A stretch of DNA of 64,000 nt from Candidatus Parcubacteria bacterium (GCA_023134715.1 JAGLUP010000005.1:8782-72781), one strand, 5' to 3'; shown: positions 51,156 through 59,558, numbered from the stretch's first letter. The notes: generated by a model from the letters alone, not told the origin. Translations and numbers: made by a program.

Positions 51156-52718
51156 TTAAGTGACCCAATATTTTTTCTTGGTCATTTCGTCTTTTTTTAT
51201 TTCAATTTTCTGACGCTCTTCTATGGCTTTTTTAGACAAGGAGCTAAGCTCCTTGTCAGATAATTTGCTTAATTTTTTAATTTCTTTCTGTAAAAATGTT
51301 TTTTTGTTCTTTTTTGGGTCAGCAAGAACATAACCCAATAGGACATCTAAAATTTGTCCTATCTTTGGTCCCGGTCTAATGTTTAAAATTTTTATTATAT
51401 CATTGCCTGAAACCTTGAGTTTTTTAACTGAAATCACATCTTTGGATAATTTTTCAATAAGATATTTTAAATGTCTTAACTTATATGGCTCGGCTTTGGG
51501 ACATCCAGAGCCAATTCTATCGCACATTCTAAGCTGTAATAACTCCTCTATGTTTTCAGGACCCACGCTCCTGACTAATTTTCTTACTGACGCCTCGCCG
51601 ACTTCGTCAACATTATAGTAAAAAAGATGATAACGAACCAATTTAACAATCTTTTCAATGTCTTTTTTAGAAAATTTCAAACGATTTAAAGCTTGAATTG
51701 TCATTCTCGCTCCCACAACTTCATGATTATAAAAAGTAGCGTTTTCTCCCTTGCCTCTCTTTGTTCTTGGCTTGCCAATATCGTGAAGCAAAGCGGCTAT
51801 ACGGACATATTTATTAAAATCCCGCTTAACAGCGTATTTTAAAGATAAAAGATTATGCTCATAAACCCCGTAAATATGATGTTTGTTTTGGGAAATATCC
51901 AATCCTTCTAATAATTCTGGAATAATATACTTTAAAAGCCCTAATTTTCGCAAAAGCTCTGTCCCTTCATACGCCCTGTCTGACATAATAATTTTTAAAA
52001 ACTCATCTCTTATTCTTTCTTTTGAAATCGCCTGAAGCCAAAGGCTGTTTTTTTTAATCGCTTCAGCTGTTTTTGGTTCAATCGCAAACCCCAATGTAGC
52101 GGCAAATCTTACCGCCCTTAACATGCGCAAGGCGTCTTCATCAAATCTTTTTTCCGGCTCGCCTACAGCCCGAATAATTTTATTTTCCAAATCCTTCTGC
52201 CCCTCAAATAAATCAATAATTCTGACCTTTAATTTTTTTCCAGGATAAACTCCTCCTGCCGATTGCCCATAAATTTGGCCTAAAGGGGTTGGCTTAATCG
52301 AAAGTATTGTTTGAACTTCTATTGCCATTGCGTTTACCGTGAAATCCCTTCTTTTTAAATCATCTTTCAATGTCTTAGCAAATTTTATCTCGTCTGGATG
52401 GCGCTTATCTGTATATTTTGCCTCGGTCCGATAAGTTGTAATCTCAATTTCTTTTAATTTAGAATTTTTGCTTCCTGTTTGAACAGTTACTGTAAGAAAT
52501 TTGTTCTCGTAAAAATTCTTTGGGAATACTTTTTGAATTTCTTCTGGCTTGGCGTTTGTAGTAATATCCCAATCCTCTGGCTCAACGCCTCTCCCTCCTT
52601 CGCTCTCGCTTCGGCGGGCAAGTAAAAAATCACGCACACAGCCGCCGACAATATATGCCTCAAATCCTTGTTTTTCCAATTCTTTAATAATAGATTTTAC
52701 TTCTTTTGGAATTTCCAT
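51156..52718 (-). CDS. cca: CCA-adding tRNA nucleotidyltransferase with HD domain
   Basis: It has GGCVRD, DWDITT, RRDFTVNAMA, EDALRMLRAVRFA and HD LLHDIGK motifs. Confidence 0.9.
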   Translation of the reverse strand: MEIPKEVKSIIKELEKQGFEAYIVGGCVRDFLLARRSESEGGRGVEPEDWDITTNAKPEEIQKVFPKNFYENKFLTVTVQTGSKNSKLKEIEITTYRTEAKYTDKRHPDEIKFAKTLKDDLKRRDFTVNAMAIEVQTILSIKPTPLGQIYGQSAGGVYPGKKLKVRIIDLFEGQKDLENKIIRAVGEPEKRFDEDALRMLRAVRFAATLGFAIEPKTAEAIKKNSLWLQAISKERIRDEFLKIIMSDRAYEGTELLRKLGLLKYIIPELLEGLDISQNKHHIYGVYEHNLLSLKYAVKRDFNKYVRIAALLHDIGKPRTKRGKGENATFYNHEVVGARMTIQALNRLKFSKKDIEKIVKLVRYHLFYYNVDEVGEASVRKLVRSVGPENIEELLQLRMCDRIGSGCPKAEPYKLRHLKYLIEKLSKDVISVKKLKVSGNDIIKILNIRPGPKIGQILDVLLGYVLADPKKNKKTFLQKEIKKLSKLSDKELSSLSKKAIEERQKIEIKKDEMTKKKYWVT

Positions 52719-52730
52719 ATCAATTTCATT

Positions 52731-53570
52731 CTAAAATAAAAAAACCTGCTTGGCAACGCCAACTAATAAAAAAACCGAAGAATTGCTCCGGCTTATTTTT
52801 TTATTTAATTCATGATTTCCCCATGGAACTGTTAAGTCAACTTCATCAATCATCCCATGATCGTACTCAAACTGCTTTCTAACAGCAGAGGTTGCTACCG
52901 ACCCTTTATTGACCCATTTTTCATTTATTTGATCTTCTTTAGTAAGCTCGTAAAACACATAGACATAAGGGTGGTAATAACACTTTTTGTTGCTTGAATA
53001 ACTAACATCTACTATTTCTCCATTTTCTCTCTCAAGCCAGGCATGATTTACGCTCAATAATCCTCTTGTCCAGTTCCAGCTATAATTCTCTTCAGGGCAA
53101 TAGAGATAGCCAACTACTAACTTAATCTCTTCGTCGGGATAAAGAGATTTTAAAAACCAATAAGCTATCGGCGCTCTATTTCGACAACAACCAAAATTTT
53201 CTCTGTTTAAAAATTCAGAAATGTCATCAATGTCAGAAAATTTCTCTGTCTTCAGTATTGCTCTGGCGCAAAAATAGGACTGCTCCATTCTTGCTAAAAA
53301 AATATGGCCATACAATAAAGTCTCCGCAAAATATCTATCTATCCCTGACTTGTCTATCGCAAATGCAGACCTATGGGTAATTTCTTTCTCTAATATATTG
53401 CCCTCAATGCTTCCATTCAAAACAACGTTTGCTGAAGAACTTTCTTCAAATGTTGTCATTCCGGCTGCTATCATCAAGGCAAACATCAAAAAAATTATTT
53501 TCAAAAAAAATTTACTTTTGCCCTGACATTTATTTTCCTCCCAATTCTCTTTTCGTATTATCAAATCCAT
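52731..53570 (-). CDS. Membrane-anchored transglutaminase-like cysteine peptidase-fold protein
   Basis: It has an N-terminal TM helix and a candidate Cys-His-Asp arrangement (FGCCRNRA ... VNHAWLE ... EIVDVS). The last 20 or so codons read through a terminator-like repeat. Confidence 0.5.
   Translation of the reverse strand: MDLIIRKENWEENKCQGKSKFFLKIIFLMFALMIAAGMTTFEESSSANVVLNGSIEGNILEKEITHRSAFAIDKSGIDRYFAETLLYGHIFLARMEQSYFCARAILKTEKFSDIDDISEFLNRENFGCCRNRAPIAYWFLKSLYPDEEIKLVVGYLYCPEENYSWNWTRGLLSVNHAWLERENGEIVDVSYSSNKKCYYHPYVYVFYELTKEDQINEKWVNKGSVATSAVRKQFEYDHGMIDEVDLTVPWGNHELNKKISRSNSSVFLLVGVAKQVFLF
52769..52798 (-). repeat. 30-nt terminator-like repeat, copy 1 (inside the 3' end of the ORF)
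   Basis: aaaaaaccgaagaattgctccggcttattt is identical to 53657-53686. The minus strand forms ccggag-caatt-cttcgg followed by a T7 run. Confidence 0.8.
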
Positions 53571-53656
53571 TCTAACCGCCTTAAATCAAATCTATATTTT
53601 CAAATTACTGTTCTCAACTTAACAAATTAATTTTCTTTTGTCAATTTAATCAAAAT

Positions 53657-53686
53657 AAAAAACCGAAGAATTGCTCCGGCTTATTT
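53657..53686 (-). terminator. 30-nt terminator-like repeat, copy 2 (after the small ORF)
   Basis: It has the same 30-mer, and the hairpin plus T-run begins 15 nt after the stop of ORF 53701-53838. Confidence 0.65.
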
Positions 53687-53700
53687 GTTTTGTCTTTTCT

Positions 53701-53838
53701 TTACTGCTCTGCGAGCTCGCGGCGCTCGTACTCTTCCTGTATTGTCCGCAAATTTACCTTTTTCCCATTCTTTTTTTGTTCTTCTTCTTTCCCAAATTCT
53801 CCTTGCGCATATTTTTTCTGAATTTCCATCAAACCCAT
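53701..53838 (-). CDS. Uncalled small protein (45 aa)
   Basis: Translation is MGLMEIQKKYAQGEFGKEEEQKKNGKKVNLRTIQEEYERRELAEQ. It is preceded by gaggtgg (Shine-Dalgarno-like) and followed by a terminator. Confidence 0.45.
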   Translation of the reverse strand: MGLMEIQKKYAQGEFGKEEEQKKNGKKVNLRTIQEEYERRELAEQ

Positions 53839-53957
53839 TTTGCCACCTCGTTATCCATTATTTTTTTATTAATGTGCGTCAACACATCTTTTGAGAAAAG
53901 ATTACCATAGTTATTGATTTTTTGCAATGATTAGGTTAAAATTAAAATAACCAAATT

Positions 53958-54029
53958 GCCCCTGTAGCTTAATGGATAGAGTACTGGGCTTCGGACCCAG
54001 TGGTGCGAGTTCGACTCTTGCCAGGGGCA
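53958..54029 (+). tRNA. tRNA-Arg (TCG)
   Basis: Acceptor gcccctg/caggggc, anticodon arm ctggg-ctTCGga-cccag, T-loop ttcgact. Confidence 0.9.
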
Positions 54030-54050
54030 CAAAAAACTGTTATCATAAAA

Positions 54051-54683
54051 ATGATTATGGCAAAAAAAATTAAAATCTTTTTTTTAATCCTGATTTTTGG
54101 GAGTTTTGTTTTCAGTCCTTTAATATCTTTGGCAGCTAATCAATATTCAGTTGAAGGAGGCACAGTAAGCTATGAAGGAATAGTGCCCTGCGGCAAGCCG
54201 ATAGAACTCAACGGAACTTGCTGTATTCTTCCCTGCACTCTCTGCCATTTTTTTGTAATGTTTGAGCAGATAATAAACTTTTTTATGCTTACCCTTGTAC
54301 CGGCGATTGCGGTTCTAATGATAGTAATTGGCGGACTTATATTTCTTTTATCCGGACAAAATCCAAGCGGAATAGACCAGGGAAAAAGAATTATGACTTC
54401 AACAGCAAAAGGATTAGTAATAATTTTCGCGTCCTGGCTGATTATTAACACTTTTTTCGTATATATTAAAGCGGCCAGCTGGACAGGACTATCAAGTGGC
54501 TGGTTTCAAATTAAATGCGGGATAACAACTAATGATTGTGACCCAAGAAGAAAATGCAATCCTCCAATTATTACTACCGATTGTTGTTTGGGCAGCTGCT
54601 GTAAAGACCTGCCAAGCGGCACGACACCATGCGCCACTTTTCACTCAAATGGCGACCAAGTATCAGACGCTGAATGCCAATAA
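54051..54683 (+). CDS. VirB2/TrbC-like (T4SS-type) pilin, paralog 3, with about 60-aa Cys-rich C-terminal extension
   Basis: The start is re-set because the 54000 start overlaps tRNA-Arg. It has a signal peptide, CGKP...CCILPCTLCHFF, and two TM helices joined by LSGQNPSGIDQGK. The tail holds 10 Cys (KCGITTNDCDPRRKCNPPIITTDCCLGSCCKDLPSGTTPCATF...ECQ). Confidence 0.65.
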   Translation: MIMAKKIKIFFLILIFGSFVFSPLISLAANQYSVEGGTVSYEGIVPCGKPIELNGTCCILPCTLCHFFVMFEQIINFFMLTLVPAIAVLMIVIGGLIFLLSGQNPSGIDQGKRIMTSTAKGLVIIFASWLIINTFFVYIKAASWTGLSSGWFQIKCGITTNDCDPRRKCNPPIITTDCCLGSCCKDLPSGTTPCATFHSNGDQVSDAECQ

Positions 54684-54686
54684 CCT

Positions 54687-54759
54687 GCCTCGCTAGCTCA
54701 ACCGGCAGAGCAGGGGCCTCTTAAGCCCAAGGTTATAGGTTCGATTCCTATGCGAGGCA
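54687..54759 (+). tRNA. tRNA-Lys (CTT)
   Basis: Acceptor gcctcgc/gcgaggc, anticodon loop ctCTTaa (4 bp plus one mismatch in the stem), T-loop ttcgatt. Confidence 0.85.
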
Positions 54760-54798
54760 CAAAATTTATTTTTAATATTTAATTTTAGTAAAACGCTT

Positions 54799-55065
54799 AT
54801 GCTTACATTAAAACAAAAAGAAAAAATTATAGCTAAACACAATCTTCATAAAACAGACACTGGTTCTCCAGATGTTCAAATTGCCATTCTTTCTGAAAAA
54901 ATCAAACAATTAACCTCTCATCTGAAAAAACATCCTAAAGATCTTCACTCTAAAAGAGGCCTTTTAAAAATGGTTTCTCAAAGAAGAAAACTTTTGAAAT
55001 ACTTAGAAAAAGAAGACACGAAGAGATATAATACCATTGTGAAAAAAATAGGACTAAAGAAATAA
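54799..55065 (+). CDS. rpsO: 30S ribosomal protein S15
   Basis: It has [49 protein letters not shown]. Confidence 0.95.
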   Translation: MLTLKQKEKIIAKHNLHKTDTGSPDVQIAILSEKIKQLTSHLKKHPKDLHSKRGLLKMVSQRRKLLKYLEKEDTKRYNTIVKKIGLKK

Positions 55066-55071
55066 AATTTT

Positions 55072-57171
55072 ATGACTGAAAAAACTTATAAACTAAAACT
55101 TAACGGAAAAGAGCTTAAAGTTGAGCTCAAAAACTTGGCCGAGCAGGCAAATGGCGAGGTTTTGGTGCAATACGGAGATACTTTGGTTCTGGCAACTTGC
55201 GTAATGGCGCAAGAAAGACAAGGTATTGATTTTTTTCCTTTAACCGTGGGATACGAAGAGCGATATTACGCCGCTGGAAAAATCAGGGGCTCCCGCTATA
55301 TGAGAAGAGAGGGGCGACCGTCAGACGCCGCAATTTTAACTTCGCGCCTGATTGACAGAGCTATTAGGCCAAGATTTCCAAAAGGATTTAAAAAAGAAGT
55401 TCAAATAATCATAACCTGCCTTTCCTGGGACGCTGAAAACGACCCGGATATATTAGGATTGATTGCGGCTTCTTTAGCTCTCTCAATTTCTGATATTCCT
55501 TGGTCAGGGCCAATCAGCGCCGTAAGAATAGGAAAAATAAACGGGAAATTTATTCCTAACCCAAGTTATGAAGAAAGAGAAATAGACAAACTGGATTTAA
55601 CAATGTCCGCGATAGGGCCTTCGCTTCTTATTAATATGATTGAAGCTGACGCTCAAGAGGTTTCAGAAGAAGTAATTATGGAAGCAAATAAATTTGCCAA
55701 ACCCTATTTAAAAAAAATAATTGATTTTCAGGAGCAAATAATAAAAGAGCAGGGGAAAGAAAAAATTGCTGTTGATATTCAATCGCCAGACGCTGAACTG
55801 GAAAAAGAAATAAAAGATTTTCTGAAAAATCAGGAATTGGAAAAAGCTCTTTTTGCTAAAGACAAACAAGAACGGCAGAAAGGGATAGATAATATTAAAG
55901 AAAAATTATTAAATTTTATCACGGAAAAATATCCGAATTCGCCAGGTGGTGAAAAAAAAATAAAACAGGCGAATGATCTACTAGAACAAGAAATCAATGG
56001 ATTAATACATAAAAATATTATTGAAAAAGAAAAAAGGCCGGATGGAAGAGAATTAGATGAGGTGAGAAAAATTTCCTGCGAAGTCGGACTTCTTCCAAGA
56101 ACGCATGGGTCGGGCCTCTTTACTCGAGGGATTACTAGGGGACTATCAATCCTAACTCTTGGAGCGCCTGGAGATGTGCAGCTGCTTGATGGAATGGAAA
56201 TTGTCGGCAAAAAAAGATTTATGCTTCATTATAACTTTCCGCCTTATTCAGTAGGTGAAGCAAGAATGCTAAGGGGGCCGGGAAGAAGAGAAATAGGACA
56301 TGGAAATCTGGCAGAAATCGCCCTGCTTCCGTTAATCCCAGATGTGGATAATTTCCCATATACTATCAGGATTGTTTCTGAAATGCTTTCTTCTAACGGC
56401 TCAACCTCAATGGCATCGGTTTCTTCCGCTTCTCTGGCTTTAATGGACGCCGGCGTGCCAATTAAAACGCCCGCGACTGGAATTGCCATTGGGCTAATGA
56501 GTAATGAAAAAGGAGATTATAAGATTTTGACAGATATTCAGGGGCCAGAAGACCATTATGGAGATATGGATTTAAAAGTAGCTGGAACTGAAAATGGAAT
56601 AACAGCTATTCAAATGGATGTTAAAGTTGACGGTATAAATGAAAAAATCTTAGAACAAGCTTTGTCCCAAGCAAAAAAAGCTCGACTTCAAATTTTGGAT
56701 GAAATGAAAAAAGCAATAGACGGTCCCAGACCAAAACTTTCTCCATACGCCCCAAGAATTTTAACCATTCAAATTGATCCTAAAAAAATTAGAGAAGTTA
56801 TTGGTCCCGGAGGAAAAATAATCAATGAAATAATTGAAAAATGCGAGGTTTCTATTGATATTGAAGACACAGGAGAGATTTTTATCACCGCGGAAAAAGA
56901 AGAATCAGCTAAAAAAGCGGTTGAATGGATAAAAAATATTATCAGAGAAGCTAAAGTGGGAGAAATTTTTCAAGGCAAGGTTAAGAGAATTATGGATTTC
57001 GGGGCTTTTGTTGAAATCCTGCCCAACCAAGAAGGACTGGTCCATATTTCCAAACTTGCCGACCATAGAGTTGAAAAAGTAGAAGACATAGTAAAAGTTG
57101 GAGATATATTGCCGGTCAAAGTTGTAGAAATTGACCAACAAGGAAGAATTAACCTTTCCGCAAAAATATGA
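55072..57171 (+). CDS. pnp: Polyribonucleotide nucleotidyltransferase (PNPase)
   Basis: It has two RNase PH domains (RPDGR, GSGLFTRG), a KH domain (VIGPGGKIINEI), and a C-terminal S1 domain. Confidence 0.95.
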   Translation: MTEKTYKLKLNGKELKVELKNLAEQANGEVLVQYGDTLVLATCVMAQERQGIDFFPLTVGYEERYYAAGKIRGSRYMRREGRPSDAAILTSRLIDRAIRPRFPKGFKKEVQIIITCLSWDAENDPDILGLIAASLALSISDIPWSGPISAVRIGKINGKFIPNPSYEEREIDKLDLTMSAIGPSLLINMIEADAQEVSEEVIMEANKFAKPYLKKIIDFQEQIIKEQGKEKIAVDIQSPDAELEKEIKDFLKNQELEKALFAKDKQERQKGIDNIKEKLLNFITEKYPNSPGGEKKIKQANDLLEQEINGLIHKNIIEKEKRPDGRELDEVRKISCEVGLLPRTHGSGLFTRGITRGLSILTLGAPGDVQLLDGMEIVGKKRFMLHYNFPPYSVGEARMLRGPGRREIGHGNLAEIALLPLIPDVDNFPYTIRIVSEMLSSNGSTSMASVSSASLALMDAGVPIKTPATGIAIGLMSNEKGDYKILTDIQGPEDHYGDMDLKVAGTENGITAIQMDVKVDGINEKILEQALSQAKKARLQILDEMKKAIDGPRPKLSPYAPRILTIQIDPKKIREVIGPGGKIINEIIEKCEVSIDIEDTGEIFITAEKEESAKKAVEWIKNIIREAKVGEIFQGKVKRIMDFGAFVEILPNQEGLVHISKLADHRVEKVEDIVKVGDILPVKVVEIDQQGRINLSAKI

Positions 57172-59084
57172 ACAAAGAAAAATTAGAATTCTTAAAAAGA
57201 GCGGAGATTAGAACAATGGAAAAAGACATTGCCCGATTTCGGGAAGAAGAAGCGCAAAAAGCTCGAGAAAAATTAACTACTAAAGAACCCGTTGAAATTC
57301 CTGCGAAGACTGAAGAAGACAAGCATGTAGCTATCCCGCGAAGTGAAACTATAGCGAGCGAAGAAGAAAAAATCAAAGAAGAGAAACAAATAGCTGAAGA
57401 AATTGAAAAAAAATGGCTTAAGGAAAAAGCAGAATTAGAACAAAAAAAAGCTGAAGCAGAAGAAAGAAAAAAAATATTGGAAAATCAGAAAGAACCAATA
57501 GAAACAAAAAAAAATGATTTATTAAAACAACTAGAACAACTCAAGCAAACCCTTGAGCCAATTTTAATAAAAGAAAAAGAAATTGAACAAAGGAGAAAAG
57601 AAATTGAAGAAAAAGAGCGACTCACTGTTTCTTTTGAACAAAAACGGAAAATTGAAAAACAAAGATGGCAGGTTGAAGATGAAATAAAGGAAACAGAAAA
57701 ACAAAGATGGCAGGTTGAAGATGAAATTGAAAAAATAAAGCAGGAAATAAAAAAATATATTTTAGAAGAACAAAAAATCTTAAAAGAAAAGGTTCTGATA
57801 AAAGAAAAAAAAGATACATTAAAAAAACAGCTTCAAGAAATTGAAGAAAAAGTAGAGCCTCTAAAATTAAAACTGAACGAAATTTTAGAAAAAGAAAAAG
57901 AGTTAAAACAAGAAATTGAGAATGTGGACAAACCCGCCGAAAGTCCTCCTGCCCGCAATGCAAGCGATGCAGGCGGGGCAAGCATTCAAGCGAGCAGTCC
58001 TGAGCAAATTCCAGAACCTCAGCCAGATGCTGATCCGCCTTTGGCGGAAACGCCTAAGCCTGCTACTCAGAGTCCAGAGGACGATGAAGTAGTCCCGCCT
58101 ACTGGCGGGGAGCCAGAACCTCAGATTAAAGAACCCCCAAAATACGAACAACCACCTGAAATAAAACAAATAAGAGCAACGCTAGAAGAAGTTCAAAAAA
58201 GAGAAGAAGAAGAAAGAGGACGATTCTTAAGAAAAATTGAAGAAACAGATATTGAAGACGAGCCAGCCGAAAGTCCAAGTATCCAGGAAAGCGAGCCCGC
58301 AAAAGTGGTTTTCAGACATCTCCCACAAAAACCCCGCCTTCTTGAAAAAATCTGGATTAGATTTATAATCTTAATTGTTATTTTCTTAATTTTGGCAAGT
58401 ATTTTCACTTTTTGGTACTGGTATTTTGAAATAAAATCCCCTCAAGATTCTAAATCGTCAACTCCAGAAGAAATAATGGAATCAAGAGTAGTCATCCCTC
58501 CAGAATCTTTAATTTCAGTTGAGACAATAAAAATTTTTGAAATAAATTCCGACGAACAAACAGTTGACGTTTTTGAACGAGCAATAAAAGAAAACCTGTC
58601 AAAAGGATTCATTAGAATTATAATTAAAAATCAAACAGAAAATAAAATTTTAGGATTAAAAGAATTTTTTGAAAATTTCCAGATTAAAGCGCCTGAAAAC
58701 TTTGAGCAAAAATTAAATAATGATTTTACCTTGTTTATTTATTCTTCAGAAAATAATAACTTCGGCTTTACGGCTGAAATAACACCCGCCGAAAGTCCTG
58801 CGGACAATCAGGCGGACAGGGAGAATTTAAAAGAAATAATGCTTTCTTGGGAGGAAACCATTAAAAAAGACCTTGAACCCCTTTTGTTTGTTTTAGCTGA
58901 AAACAAGGATTTAACTCCTTCTCATGCCTTTAAACAAGCATCCCATAAAGAAGCAGATTTTCGTTATATTAGTTTTTTAGAAGAAGATTTAGGAATTTGT
59001 TATAGTATTTTTGACAATTATTTTATTCTTACTTTTTCGGGCGATACAATAATAAAAACTATAGATAATATAAAAAATAAATAA
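57168..59084 (+). CDS. Large coiled-coil / Pro-rich / single-TM hypothetical protein
   Basis: 638 aa, ATGA-coupled to pnp. It has an EK-rich coiled coil with a 39-nt tandem duplication (EKQRWQVEDEI x2), a GC-rich Pro/Ala region, a TM helix (IWIRFIILIVIFLILASIFTFWYWYF), and a C-terminal domain of about 220 aa. Confidence 0.7.
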   Translation: MNKEKLEFLKRAEIRTMEKDIARFREEEAQKAREKLTTKEPVEIPAKTEEDKHVAIPRSETIASEEEKIKEEKQIAEEIEKKWLKEKAELEQKKAEAEERKKILENQKEPIETKKNDLLKQLEQLKQTLEPILIKEKEIEQRRKEIEEKERLTVSFEQKRKIEKQRWQVEDEIKETEKQRWQVEDEIEKIKQEIKKYILEEQKILKEKVLIKEKKDTLKKQLQEIEEKVEPLKLKLNEILEKEKELKQEIENVDKPAESPPARNASDAGGASIQASSPEQIPEPQPDADPPLAETPKPATQSPEDDEVVPPTGGEPEPQIKEPPKYEQPPEIKQIRATLEEVQKREEEERGRFLRKIEETDIEDEPAESPSIQESEPAKVVFRHLPQKPRLLEKIWIRFIILIVIFLILASIFTFWYWYFEIKSPQDSKSSTPEEIMESRVVIPPESLISVETIKIFEINSDEQTVDVFERAIKENLSKGFIRIIIKNQTENKILGLKEFFENFQIKAPENFEQKLNNDFTLFIYSSENNNFGFTAEITPAESPADNQADRENLKEIMLSWEETIKKDLEPLLFVLAENKDLTPSHAFKQASHKEADFRYISFLEEDLGICYSIFDNYFILTFSGDTIIKTIDNIKNK

Positions 59085-59091
59085 ATAAATA

Positions 59092-59128
59092 AAGACCCGA
59101 CCTTAAAGAATCCCAAAGGTCGGGTCTT
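59092..59128. terminator. GACCCGACC-family hairpin E
   Basis: The sequence is aagacccgacc-ttaaagaatcccaaa-ggtcgggtctt. The 40-nt stretch 59093-59132 is identical to 59515-59554. Confidence 0.75.
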
Positions 59129-59130
59129 AA

Positions 59131-59508
59131 ATGTCTTTTATGATAAACGAAGAGCTACAATTAAAACTAAAACAAAAATTGGAGAAAGAAAAAGAGCTTT
59201 TAGAAAAAGAACTCCAGGGTTTTGCTAAAAAAAGCGAAACTCTAAAAGGGGATTGGAAAACTCGTTTTCCTAAATTTAATGGCGGAAAAATAGAAGAAGA
59301 AGCAGATGAAATAGAGGAATATGAAACCCTGCTGCCGATTGAATATAATCTTGAATTACGACTCAAAGACATTAACTCGGCTCTAAATAAAATTAAAAAA
59401 AGTGGGCCAGCTTGTAAATACGGAATTTGCGAGAAATGCGGAAAATCAATATCAAAAGAACGTTTAAATGCTTGTCCTGAAGCAAAAACCTGCGCTAAAT
59501 GTAAATAA
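59131..59508 (+). CDS. DksA/TraR-family C4 zinc-finger protein
   Basis: It has a C-terminal CEKCGKSISKERLNACPEAKTCAKC and an N-terminal coiled coil. Confidence 0.8.
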   Translation: MSFMINEELQLKLKQKLEKEKELLEKELQGFAKKSETLKGDWKTRFPKFNGGKIEEEADEIEEYETLLPIEYNLELRLKDINSALNKIKKSGPACKYGICEKCGKSISKERLNACPEAKTCAKCK

Positions 59509-59513
59509 ATAAA

Positions 59514-59550
59514 AAGACCCGACCTTAAAGAATCCCAAAGGTCGGGTCTT
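59514..59550. terminator. GACCCGACC-family hairpin F (bidirectional position)
   Basis: It is identical to hairpin E and lies between the convergent traR/dksA-like and M23 peptidase genes. Confidence 0.75.
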
Positions 59551-59558
59551 AAATAACC

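Noticed and set aside
54000-54050. Upstream start of the pilin-3 ORF (MVRVRLLPGAQKTVIIK)
   Set aside because: It overlaps the 3' half of tRNA-Arg(TCG). The signal peptide begins at the internal Met (54051/54057).
57934-57950. GAAAGTCC strings reminiscent of the RNase P RNA CR-I motif (three copies in ORF 57168)
   Set aside because: They lie inside a long intact ORF, are repeated three times, and lack the surrounding RNase P helices. I interpret them as part of the GC-rich PAESP repeat.
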